A stretch of 60,028 bases of DNA, counting the filler, from Streblomastix strix (lineage: Eukaryota), in assembly GCA_008636045.1 (NCBI GenBank). It is 3 parts of 3 records of this genome, joined end to end, with 100 filler letters (N's around TTAATTAATTAA, not from the genome) between each part and the next. Parts side by side here need not be neighbours in the genome. Positions count along the whole stretch, not along the records: positions 1 to 19,960 come from SNRW01000471.1; positions 20,061 to 39,994 come from SNRW01000473.1; 1 more part is not named here. One strand, written 5' to 3'. The notes under the pieces were generated by a model that was not told the origin of the DNA, did no database searches, and saw nothing but the letters and a program-made list of their open reading frames with translations. Positions 11,741 through 24,803 of this stretch are shown one piece after another. Both the position numbers and the translations under genes were made by a program. Numbering within the stretch: position 1 is the first letter of the stretch; every line of letters begins with the position of its first letter.

Positions 11741-14700
11741 TCAGAGCCAAGGTGACCAACCAGGATACATTAACCCGAGGTTACCTGTGTCTGTTGCTTC
11801 TTCAATAAGTTCATTCACTTACATTTCTACACTCACAGCTTCTTTCCCGCTGATCCCATGCAATTTATCTCTCACTCGCAGTAATACACGTTCAGCATCT
11901 TTATTTGTTGTGTCAGCCTCTTGGTGGTCCTATAAATTCTGACGCTGATCTTTCATACTCAGCATATGCGGGAAAGCATTACTACCTATGTGTGTTTCCT
12001 TCTTTTACAGTGCACGATCAAGTTCGCCCCAACGATAGAGAGGATCATGCAATAATACCTTAATTATATTAGAAAACATAAAGAATTGAACACAAAATTG
12101 AAAAATAAATAAAATTATCAAACTTCAACAATTGTAAGCAGTGTCTATCGTGCATTGCGGCATGCTCTAAGTGATACTTCACATCCTTTTCTGAATGATC
12201 CTTCAGTGCCTAACACACCCAATCCATCAATTGTGTCTCTTGTTAAGCGGAATGGCACTCGTTCTGGAACACTGAGCTGTCTTCCTTGCTCAAATGCTAT
12301 TCCCAAATCAATATGAACTACTTCTCCTGTCCCTTTGTCAATAAGAATGTTCTACGCATGCCTATCTCCTAATCCGACTAACCATCCAACTATGCATGAT
12401 GTTGCTAAGGATCTGGCATATGTCAGTCTTCTCGTAAACCATTCAGCAGGAGATATAAAATGTTCAAGAAAGAAGTGTCGGAATACTGGTGTGAATTCAA
12501 TGCAGGATTTTCGGAATGCAGATTCTCTTACATCATTTGCAACTTTCACCAGTTCGTTGAGTTAATTTCGAACATCTATATGTAATTTCTCTCTTGGATG
12601 ATAGCGTTCGTGTGCAGATGTTTTCTCTTCACCACCAACAAGATAATCTTGAAATGAAATAGTTCTCCCAACCCATTCAATCACACCTACTTATGCACCC
12701 AAAGGTACAACTTTATATGTGCGTATGTGCAACTGTCTTTTCCCACTTTCAGCTCCTTTCTCAAGTTCAGCATTTACAACTCCAAAGAATTATTGCAATA
12801 CCGCATCACCTCTCAAATCATCCTTACCTTTTACCAATTGAGTGTATAAACATCCATCTGTTCCAAGGCATTCAACTTTCTTTGGTAAATTCATTCCACC
12901 TGGAATTATATAGCGAGCATTAAAACCCATAATTCTAGGAGCATGAAGATGTTGTATTTCACCCAGATGAAGGGTGCATGTAATTACAGGTATTGTATCA
13001 ACAGTTTGTGATTGATTCAAAACTTCTGTTGGTAATTGTAATATCTTTACTTTCTTAGAATCTCGCTTATCTACATCCAGTAAAGATATTTTAACATACA
13101 TATCAACACATCTATTATAGTCAGCAGTCAATTTTTGCAGCCCAGCTTCTTCAGCCTGTAATACAATGGCTTTTGCAGCGTCAGTTCTTGTGTTCTAAGC
13201 CACTTGTTACGATCCACTTATTGCAGAAATCAGATGTAAGAGCATATGATGTGGATATGCAATAGTAGTGCGAAAAATAAGACGATTCAACATATGCTGT
13301 GAAGAAGGTTGATATTCATTAATTTCAGGTATTTGTTTACCAAATTTATTTGTCTGGTTTTTTCTCTAGGATACAAGAGTTTGAGGTGGAGGTGATTTAA
13401 TCATTCTATCATTTCTCCCATAATCAACACTTCCAAATACTTTACGCATAGTATTTCTTTCATTGTTTGCTTACATCTCCTAATCAAAATCAATTCGTGC
13501 ACATAATTAATGGGCAAGTGGAATAAACTTGTGTGGTGGGATGGAATTTTGCAACCCTTCAGCAACTGCTGTATTAGCACTGGCCTTTCCCCAATTAGAA
13601 GTCCACAAACTAAATAAACGGAATGAAGCTTATAAATCGTATTTGTCTCCAAAAGTGAGTGTCTGAACCAGAGAATTGAGACAAATAGACATAAATTTCT
13701 CCATTTCAACTTCAAGCTCTTTTTTCTCCTCTTTGTATCCATCAATAAATTTTTAGTTATCATCGCATTTTCTTTTCAACTGTATTATTCTTCTTTCTAT
13801 TTCTTTTTTCTACTCAGCAATATTCTTTGCTTAGGCTGATTTAGATGATCCCATAGCTGCTCCTTATGCTCCAATAGAATTGGATAGTTTCTCATTTTCT
13901 GATATCATAATACCATACTGTCTAATTGCTCTTTCATACTTCTCAACATTAGCACTTTTATCTTTCATTTCTTGGCTGTTCAATCTTTCCATTCGAAGCT
14001 GATACAGTTAGTCAGCATATTCAGCCAATCTGAACCATGCTCTACATCCAACATCTGTCTTTGGATCTGCATTCTTTGCTGCACTCTCCAAATATTCATG
14101 AAGAATTGATGCTGCTGGCTTGGCTTTAGTTTGTGCAAGCCATTTCCCCAATCGAGTTGTCGTTCGCACCCAAAGTGCTTTTATTTCTCTTCTAAGAATT
14201 GGATCAGCAATTGTTTCAAGCTTTGGTTAATCAGGAGGATTTGTATCTGCTCCCCATAGTCCTTATTTACGATTGCATAAAGCAAGTTCATTCTATGCTT
14301 ATTATCTCATCAAATCAATATGAGCTCTTTATTAAGCTGCATTTGATGCTCTGAGATCTTAATTATTTTGAGAAGAAGGTTTGGATCCTTTTTGTGGTGT
14401 TTTGTATAATTATTAAAAAAGTGATCCTTTGCTTTTACCTTCTTCATCTTGATTTTCATTTTCTTTTGATTTTTTTGATCTCTTTGATTATTAATCAATA
14501 ATCTCTTATGAAGAAAAATCTTCACTTTAACTATCATCATCTTCACTTTCTGTTTATGAGTTTGAATTTTCATCCTCTTTTATATTTTATTTTTTTATAG
14601 ATTTGTTTTCTATGTTTTGTTTAGTAACTCCTTTCGTTCGTAACTTAGAATCCAGATCTCCAAGAAGCTATAATAACTCTCTGTTTGCTTTTGTAGCAAC

Positions 14701-17700
14701 AGTTGCTAAATCATTCTTCCGTGCAGCTTTTGCAACCACAGCCAACTAACTTGGAATCTCACTATGAAATCCCAATGAAGAAAGAGCCACTCTTCTGGCG
14801 CTATATACAAGTTCCACACTCTCAAATGGGGATCGAGGTGGCATTGCTTGATGAGATCGAATTCCTGCACATTTCAACCAAAGTCGGATTGAATGAAGTC
14901 GTTTTGAGCGAGATTTTCCTGATTGACTTTGCGATTGTAAATTTGCATTTTCATTGTTTCTATCTTCTCCATTTTGTGAATATGATAATCTCTGTGGTTT
15001 TGCAGTGCAGCTGTTCAAAAGATGTGTCAGTTCAGCCACACAAATTGCACTTCCTTGAAGCGAATCAATTGCTGGTGAGCTTTCGGCTGATGATGGATCT
15101 TTTCCAAATTCATCTAATAAAGCATTTCTGGCTGAGTTCAGAGCTTATTCCATCTCAACTGTATCTTATGCACGTAGTCCTTTGTAAAATTCATAAAGAG
15201 AACTGTTAAATCCTTACACTTTTTGTGTAAATAATTATGATTAGTTTCCGAATTGAGAATTCACATTACTCTATAATTAATGAGGTGCTGATAGCAGTTA
15301 GTTATTTGGACTTTCAACAGGGTTCTAACTTAATTATATTTCTTTAATGTTCTCACTTTAATCTTTAATTCTATTTGGTTGTTCCCAAGTAGTCAAAGTC
15401 TTCCAAGCCTCCCCATACATCATCTCAGTTATATCTGGTGGAATCTGAGTGTTTTCTGCTTCAAGAGAAGATATGAGTAGTCTAAGTAATGATGAATAAC
15501 CCAAATGTCTGACTGATTAAAGAATATCCATCAAGAGAGGTTGAGTGATTGTTGAAGAAGAGAAATCATTTGAAAGGGATGCGAAGTGAAACTGAGGTGA
15601 AAAAGATGAAAATGAATTCATAATGGTTTGTTTATTTTATCCAACATTAACATCTTTATAATCATTATTATTTGATATTTTATGTTTAGATTTCTGCCAA
15701 TTATTCACTGCACTTGCAAGCTTGATTTCACATTCACCAATTGCACTGTCCCATTATTTGTTAATTAGAGCAACAGTTACATGTTATGACACCGCTCTTT
15801 CACCCATGCATCGAGCTGCACCATCAATACCATCTGGATCATTAAGATGAGAATATGCTGATGATATGATATATGAAATGGTGTTGAAAAATTATCTGTC
15901 TTCGCGCCAAAGAGTATGAGCTCTTAAGGATGTCACATTATCAAAGAAATCTTTGCATTTATCAAATACTTTACTGTTTTCAAGATTTAATAACCCAGTT
16001 ATTCCTGTGTTTACTTTTACAGCTGATCCTTTTGCTGGAGTTCGCTTTGGTTTCGTTGCTGGATTTTGATTATTTTACACCAATTCTTCAATTTCATTAC
16101 AAATGTTCTTTTGCACAATTTCAGTCACATCTGAGCACCAAGACTCGATGAATAGTAACGCAGTGCTGTATTCTCCAACGGACGATGCTACTCGAGCAAC
16201 ATTCAAAGAGTCAATAGACAAGACTTATAAAAGAGTTAATTCATTAGGTTAAATCTTCATTCCAGGAGAACCAGAATAAAACTAAATAAATTTTTATAAT
16301 GTTTCATTGTGTATTTTCTGATGTTCTTTACTCAATTTAAACTAAGAAATCTTTTTATATTGAGCAGTAAAGTGGATCATGTCATTCTCTCTTATTGATT
16401 ACAGCAATCGAACAGTGAATCTAACAATGGCAGGATCAATCCAGTATTATTTGTCAGCATCATAAATTAAACTATTATGCTAATCTTGAGTTATTGATAA
16501 AGAATTATCTTTCTAAATATTGAGATTTTTCTTATCATTCTTTGTTTCATTTGGATTTTTGATCTAATCTTTTCCTATATTTATTAATTGTGGAGAGAAA
16601 GGAGACCAAATTTGTGATGATGATGGAGGACTGAGAATTGAAGCTGAAAAGAATAACACAGGTGAATCATTTGAAGATAAAAGTGTGTTTTAAGACCCAA
16701 TTATAACTTCTTCATTTCCATCTAATAGATTTCTGCTTACATTTTCACTTTTATTAAATAAATTCTATGTAATGTTGCTATTTAATTTTGGTGATTTAGT
16801 ATCATTTTCTTACTACATAATACTTTATATTCCTTAATCAGATCGAGCAATAATTTCTTTGAAAAAATTTCTAAGCCCACTAAGAACAGGAAAATTAACA
16901 CCATTCCTGTTTTCCCCATCAGAATCAACAGCGTCTAAAAGAAGGGGAAGTGAAAGAACTTCGCTGGCGCGTTGAGAGATGGAGCAAACATCAGCCATTT
17001 CACGAAGAATTTCATCTCCACAATATTTGGCCAATTATCTACTAAATTATCTGATCCAGACAGAGAATGAGATATTATATGGTGATGGAATTGTAAAATT
17101 AGTAAAATCTGAGTCATTTTCAGACTTTTATGGGAAAATAATGTTTTCTTCAAATAATTTCTCATCAACCCAAAGATTTTCATCAAATTATAGTAAATAA
17201 TTCATATTTTCTTCTTTTTCGTTGCTTCTATTAACCTTTTATTAATCTGACTGGTTTATATCTATTTTCATAGAAGGTGAAACACTTCTTTCTTTTTTCT
17301 ATTCATTTTTAACTGATTTTCTTCTTAATTTCTTTTCAGTTATTTAAATGTCAATCTCAGTTTCATCATTATCATCATCAGTAAGGTTGTCTTAATCATC
17401 TTATATTGATATTATGCTTGAAACTGAAGAATATCGCTGATCTACTGGATATTAATAGGTAATGGAAGAAAAGCCTAATAATTCTAATCTTGCTAAGTTG
17501 GGAACAAATTACAGTAATTTGGCTCCACGTGAAATTGATAAAATTCTTCCAATAGTCTTCGCAGCAACACAAAAAACATTATCAGTTTCAAATCCTGATA
17601 ATGAATTTGATAATTCAATTTCCCCATTATTATTAGTTTAAATATTCAAAGATCTATTCATATCAACCCCGCAATTGGGTTAAAGATCAATAATGTCTGC

Positions 17701-19960
17701 ATTTGATGTAACCATTTGATATAAAAGAGAATGAATAACTCTTCCAAAAGTAGAAGAATTCGAAAAGCAGCAAAGTTTTGAATCTGATTTCATTACAGCT
17801 AATTATTATTATTGAATGCTACTGTCAAGTTGTGCAATTTCTCCCAATGCAGATGCAGCAGCTTGTCTCACAACACTTCCAAGTTAAGAAGATGAAGCCA
17901 AGAGTCCAAATGAAGAATATGGAGAAGAAAAAGATGATGAAGATGAAGATGAAGTGTATGAAGGTTCTGAGATGATATAAAGAAGGGATCTATTTAATAA
18001 GATTTGCAAGTGAGGAGAGCCCATATATTCTTCTACGCTTGTTGACATCAATGGCCAGGAATAATGCAACATTGAAGTGATAAAAAGAATGGATTCTGGT
18101 TTTGGAGGTACAAATAGAAGCTCTGAGACTCGACTTTCTTTTTCATATTGAATTATAATACTCAACTGTTTTGGAAATAAAGAAGATAATATTTGATGGT
18201 CTGGTGATTTTGCTGCATTTTATACAATTGATGTCTGAGAAAATTTAATAGAAGTTAGATTATCAGCAATTTTTACTGCTCCTTTCGTTGGTGAAGATAA
18301 ACTTATTTATGAACGAGGTCGTAATGGAGTAGATTATGATCCAAATGACATGTATGGTTATGGTGTAGATGAATTTGATGCATGCTAATTTTGCTCATTA
18401 AGGAGTTCATTGTTAGCAGCTACATTATATACTGCATCTGAAGTACTTAAAAGTTCAGTTATTTCTCCACTACTTTCACTGGTATTAGAAGCATTTTTTT
18501 GATCAATTTTCTTTGCATCTTAATTATTTAATTATATATTAAGACTGTCAAGAGCATCAAATTTCACAATTGGTTGGAAACATGCACATATGAATCTAAC
18601 CAGTTCCAACCTAAAGAAGATAAGCGATTATTTAATTCGAGAGAATAATAAATTTTATTATTATTTTCCTTCATCATTTTACGATCCGTATTATATTACT
18701 AAATTGTCAGAATCTTTTTCCATACATTTTTCATCTCTGCCAATATTTTCATTGAAATTCTAGAATTCATTATTAAGAATCTTGTTCAATGGAAATGAAG
18801 CTTCACAACAGCTTTCTGTAATATCAACTAATCGTTCCAATGCTGGAAGATTGGAAAATGGCTGAGATTCTAGTATTGAAAGAAGTGTGAAGCAAGAATG
18901 TGGAGGAAAATTATTAATAATATTTGGAAAATAATTATTTTATGAAGTTCTTTTTATTCCAATTTCAGTTAAAACGTTTTTATTTTGAATTTGGATAAAA
19001 AGTGTTATTTCTTCACATATTTCAATTATTAATTTCACAATATCTATTGAGGATGGGTTGAAGCAACTTGAAGATTCTTTCTAATTATTAAATTATATGA
19101 AATTTAATTTATCTTAAAATTCATTGTCTTTATGATGAATTTCCTATAGTACTTGTAGATAAGGTTACTTTTTTAATACGGAGAATATTGATTAAAAGAA
19201 GGAAATAAGCAAAATGGATGGATTTTCATCTTCTATTTCTCCATCAAATATATTTTCATTTAATAAAACTCTTTCGTTTTATTTATCCTGTCCTTTTTTG
19301 TATCTTTCTTGCATTTCAATAAAATTTCCTGATTATAGTGAATGTATAGAAAAGGGTATAATATAATGATTCGTAAAATCGAGTGGATTCATGTTATTAA
19401 GCAGTCGAACTACTATCAATTCTCTTAAAAATAAGAGAATTAAATATAGCAATTAATTCTATTCGTTCAATTAACAACCATCATAGTCAGAAATGTTGGT
19501 ATGCATATATTATATTTCTAATTCTTTTTCTTTATCAATTTCTGTTGTATTCTTAAAACCATTTGTTCTTTCTACTCCATCATCAAGTGTGTCAGGCAAG
19601 AGTATACGAAATGCAACATGCATCAATTAATTCGCCCAGTGGTGCACTCCTCCTAAAGCCAAAGAATTCTTTTATTACTAAGGTTGTTATTAAATTGCAT
19701 TTGAATTTTCCAGCAAATCAAGAAAGAATTTCAGTTATCCAACAGCTGAAGCTCCTCGAATAAATAAGTTCTGGCTATTTGAATGTCTCAATCGTTTTGT
19801 TAGTGCAATAAGCTAAATGCCAAGTGGGCATCTGCTTCCTTCACTAAAGAGCGATACCAAAGACTATTAATTATATTTTTTTGAATAATCAGCTCCAACT
19901 AGTAATTAAATTTCCGAAAGAAATTCATTGAATCCCCGTTGAATATCAGCAAATAAAGGT
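11741..19960 (-). CDS. ATM: Serine/threonine kinase ATM/Tel1 (PIKK: FAT, kinase, FATC), 5' end lost in gap
   Basis: [74 protein letters not shown]...[53 protein letters not shown] then TGA (11741-11743). One intron at 12059-12123; no in-frame TGA found from 12124 to 19960. Confidence 0.95.
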
Positions 19961-20060
19961 NNNNNNNNNNNNNNNNNNNNNNNNNNNNNNNNNNNNNNNN
20001 NNNNTTAATTAATTAANNNNNNNNNNNNNNNNNNNNNNNNNNNNNNNNNNNNNNNNNNNN
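19961..20060. other. Assembly gap with artificial TTAATTAATTAA linker (20005-20016)
   Basis: 100-nt block of N with a central six-frame-stop spacer. Confidence 0.95.
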
Positions 20061-23000
20061 ATTCGATAGTTATCGAAGAAAATACCCTTGGACATGGAGC
20101 TTTTGGAAAAACAGGCGTTTTTAGGGACGCAATATCCAAAAAACAAGTCTTAATTAAGTCTATTCAATTTTTTAATGAATCTGATTTAGAAGCATCAAAA
20201 AAAGAAGTTTCCGTGATGCAAATACTGAAAAGTGAATTTGTTGTAAAATGCTATGGATATTTTATCAAAGAAAAAACTATAAATATTGTGATGGAATATT
20301 GTGAGAAGGGTGATCTTCAGAAATTCATTGACAATTTGCAGAAGGAACATAAAATCATTTCCGAATAAGTATTTATAATTCATTTTAATTAATATATATA
20401 TATATATATATTTTTATTTTATTTTTATTTTATTTTATTAATTAAAGGAATTTTTTGATTTAGCTTCTTAACTCGCTTCAGGATTGTCATTCATCCACAG
20501 TAAATAGGTTTTAAATAATTTATTAAATTTCTTTTTATATTTTTAAAAATCAATTATTATATACATTTTTTTAATTATAAACATATTCATTCATTTTTTT
20601 CAAAAAGGTGATTCATCGAGATTTGAAACCTTCAAACATCTTCATTTCAGGTTAGATTTTATTAATAATTTTTATTGTTATTTAATTTTTACATTCTAAT
20701 TTTAATAGGAAATAATCGAATAAAAATAGGAGATTTTGGAATTTCGATGATAATGGATGAATAAGATTATGCAAACACCGTTGCAGGGACGAAATTATTT
20801 TTATCTCCTGAAATGCTTAAGAAATGGTCGTATGTTCCAATTATTATTAATTAATTAATAAATTTTGACAATAAATCTTCTATTTGCAGATACACAGAGA
20901 AAGTTGATTAGTGGAGCCTTGGCATTATTTTATTTATTCTTGCTGAACTGAAATATCCGTTTGATATATCTAATGAGTTGAATCTTGTCAATTCGATAAC
21001 TAATGACATACCCGCGCCTTTTGTGAATTTGAAAAATGAAACAGCACAAAAATTAATTCTGTTACTTCTGAGCAAAGTATAATAATATTTTCATTTATTT
21101 TATTTTATATTAAATTATATTATATTATATTATATTATATTTTTTAAAATTAAAATTAGGATGCATCGAAAAGACCAACATCAGATGAATTACTTTAAAT
21201 TCCAGAAATAGCATCGTGTGTTTAAGCGTGGAAACAAAAGTAACCATAATAAAATCTAACTAATTCTTAATCATTAACTGCTTTTATAAGTCCAAATGTC
21301 AGAGTTCAACAAAGAGAAAATTCTGAATCATTATCATTGATTTCTTCTTAAACATCTGATTCTTCATCTCTAATATCAGGCTCTTCATCTTATTTAATGA
21401 TTGATTCTTCATCTATTGGTTCAGAATCAATGAATTTTATATAGTAATCTTCTCAATTGATTATTCATGATTCAACTGAAATACCAATTAATAATAATCA
21501 AACTCAATCTGTAATTTTACTAACTTTTGATTCATATCTCAACAGAATTTCAATCCTGAAAGAAGAATTATCTGATAATATATATGATTCAGATGAAATT
21601 CCTAAATTGAAAGCAATACTTGAAGAACTTACATATATTCTGAGATGGGCTAGAAACTAATAATTAGAATTCAGATTGATTTTAAGTGAAAGAGTCTGCG
21701 AAGTTACAAATATGATATTAACAGATTATAAACTTCCTGATGATGCATGGAACATTGAATACATAAAAGAACTTCAAATACTTATTGGATAATCACTAAC
21801 TCTAGAATAAGTGAAACCTATTCATGCAAATACTCTGTAATTATTTGCATAGAACTGTCCATTATCACTTAGAAGATAAATCTTAGATCATGACTTCTCA
21901 CAATCTGTTATAATAAATCTTAAAAGCAATTCAATAGAAGTTGCAGAATTCACATCTGTGGCTATAAAAGAAATACTGTGCTAATAATATTAAATGAATT
22001 ACTCCGATGTGACTCTACTTTTATACACAATGAATGAAGCTTCAGTTATACAAAAATTGTTTTAAGATGGATTTATTAATGGAAGAACGAAAATTACAAA
22101 AACATCAGTTGCTTTAATTATTTGTTGGTTGCACTTTGGAACAAATGTTCCAGATAATATGAGTTGTATTATCTCATATGTTAAAGAAATTGTGAAAAAT
22201 AATGATGAAACTTATTTATTAGATTGTTTGATTGTACTCAGATATCTTGCAACAAATTAATGTTTGAATCTAAATTTTATTGAAATTAATTTTTATGAAA
22301 TCATTTATTATTAATAGAAAATCATAAAAGAACCATTGAAAATGAATTTCTCAAAGATCTTGTACAATATCTAAGGTTTATTTATAATATTTTTATTAAT
22401 ACATTATTCATTTTCTTATAAATTGTTTTATTCATTAAAATAAAGGTCCGATGATTAAAAATTGAGAGAGAAATCTGTGTTGTTGATTAATATTTTATCT
22501 GTTTATGGAGATACATAAACGCACATTGCAATCCAAGAATCAATTCCTCTTGCCGATTTGTTACGAATTGCATAAAGCGATAATGAAGTTGAATCAAAGA
22601 ATGCTTCAGAATTGTGCTCATGGATAAAATATCGAGAACAAATGGAAAAATTCAATGGTATAATTTGTACTACAATTAATAAAGCAAATGATGGTAATAT
22701 AGAAATCATAAAATAAGAAGTTCTGAAGGATATCTGCACTACTTTGCAAAGTGGGAAAGATGGAAATACAGAAACAGAATATGCAGTAAACAAAGCATTA
22801 GAAGTTGCATATAACATTCTTAACTGGAGTAATTAAAATATTCAACTTTCACAACATGAAAAAGAGTTCATTGATGTATTTATTAGTTTTCTAAACACTA
22901 TTCCTATCAACAAAGTTAATATTTATCATCTTTTTATACTCTCCAGTATTAATGAAACAAATAATGAACTGAATTGTTATTTATCAGAAAAAGGAGTAGT

Positions 23001-24803
23001 ATTAATAATGAATAGAATTATATAGGGTTAAAATGAATAATTAATTGATAATTGCTTATGCGTAATTAAGAACATAGTATAATATCATTGCTATAAAGCA
23101 TAAATTGATAAACCATTATCATGCTTTAAATAACTCATTGAAAATGGAACTGTTAATACCCTAATGCGAATAATTAAGAATGATAATACCATTGGAAATT
23201 CAATTAGTAAAAGAGCTGCAATCATTTTATGCCTTATTTTCAAAGCTTCTCCTCTTCCATAAGATATTAGAACCGATGTGATCAATATCTTTAAACAAAT
23301 TCTTTCTGATCAATAAGATTCATTTTACTCTGATTACATTTTTTCTATTGGTTGCCTTTCTGAGTGTCAAGGTTTATAAATTAAGTTGATAATCATCATA
23401 ATAATTTTTAATTGTTTATTTGTTATTAATAATAATTAGAAAATCATCCTTTTCTTTTATCTTCCAATATAATTGATAATATCATTAATCATCTCAGGTA
23501 TATTTCTTTATATTAATGCAAATTACAAAATTAGTTTTATAATAATTTTATTAGACAATTACAATTTGAAACGATCAGCAATATAATAAGCTATTCATTT
23601 ATTCTTTGTTCCATCTGCTAACTTGGAAATGATGAAACAAGAAATGCAGTAAAAAGCATCATTCCTGTTGAAGTTATTAGAGATCTTACAAATTATAATA
23701 ATAGTTTAATTAGATTAAATATGAAAGAATTATTATCATGGATTGTAAAATATGATGAAATGAAGAGAATGGCAGCATTGTAACAAGATCTGAAAGAGAA
23801 GAGTTCAGAAGAAAGAGCTGATATTGCAGAAAAAGGAGTATTGAATGAAGTTTGTGAGATCTTGAAGAGAATTCGAGATGGCGAAGATGGAATTTCTGGT
23901 GTTATTGATCCTGCTTGCTTTGTTATTACTCTGATATTTGAAGGAAACCCTCATCTTATTCCAGAGGCTTTGAAGGATAATGGGATTGTTGACCTTCTCA
24001 TTTCTCATATTGATTCATCAGTAAATGAATGTATTGACAATTAAATTGAGTCATTATATATAATTGTGAAAGAAAGTTTATATGATGAACTTCACTAATT
24101 GTTCAGGAAAGGTGTTGTAAAAGCGATGAGTAAACAATTGGATAATGATGATCCAAAAACAATATTGAAATTGTCTGAAATAATTTTACTAATCATTCAA
24201 TCTGAAAGTAATGATATAAAAGATGGCTAACAGAATGATTTTAAAGTTGAAATGGAAAGAGATGGTACACTTCAGAAACTTATTGAAACATTTTAGAGAC
24301 CAGAAGCACCAAGAGATTTCAAAGACAATATCGCACTTTCTATTGCTTTTCTCTTCAAATCATAACCTTTACCCTCAGAATGCATTTCTGCAATTATTGA
24401 CTATCTTAAAGGTCTCATTCAAAGAACTGAAAAAATCACGAGTTGTAGAGCATTGACTTCATTGGCTGGTTTGGCTGAATGCGAATGTTTGTTTTTTGAC
24501 ATTATTAAATTAAATAATTAATTCATTAAATTTAATTTATTTTTAATTGTAGTAAATCACACCCAACTACTTGACAAAGAGTTCGCTAAGGAGATTATAT
24601 AACATTTCAAAGTTTAAAAACCCAAATTGACGTGTTTAAAAGCCCTTCAACTCACGATTTCTATAGTCAAACATGGATAGTCTGATACAAAAGTAGCATT
24701 TCGAACAATCTTGTCAATCACTCTTCTAAGATAGCTCTCGTTCAACCAGAACAAGGAAATCTCTCTAGCAGCTAAGGAATTACATAAATTAATTTCAAAA
24801 TGA
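20061..24803 (+). CDS. NEK-family kinase fused to C-terminal ARM-like modules, copy 1 (first exon lost in gap)
   Basis: LGHGAFG, VLIK, IVMEYCEKGDL, IHRDLKPSNIF, KIGDFGIS, AGTKLFLSPE, YTEKVDQWSLG, then a Ser-rich linker and helical repeats. Many GT-AG introns; TGA at 24801-24803. Confidence 0.88.

Noticed and set aside
1..19960. Genome-wide TGA reassignment to Trp or Cys
   Set aside because: Thousands of codons in gene 1, the ARM-like gene and ATM contain no in-frame TGA. Conserved Trp uses TGG, and genes end in TGA.
20005..20016. Palindromic TTAATTAATTAA within Ns (also 40039-40050)
   Set aside because: Artificial six-frame-stop contig linker, identical in both gaps; not biological.
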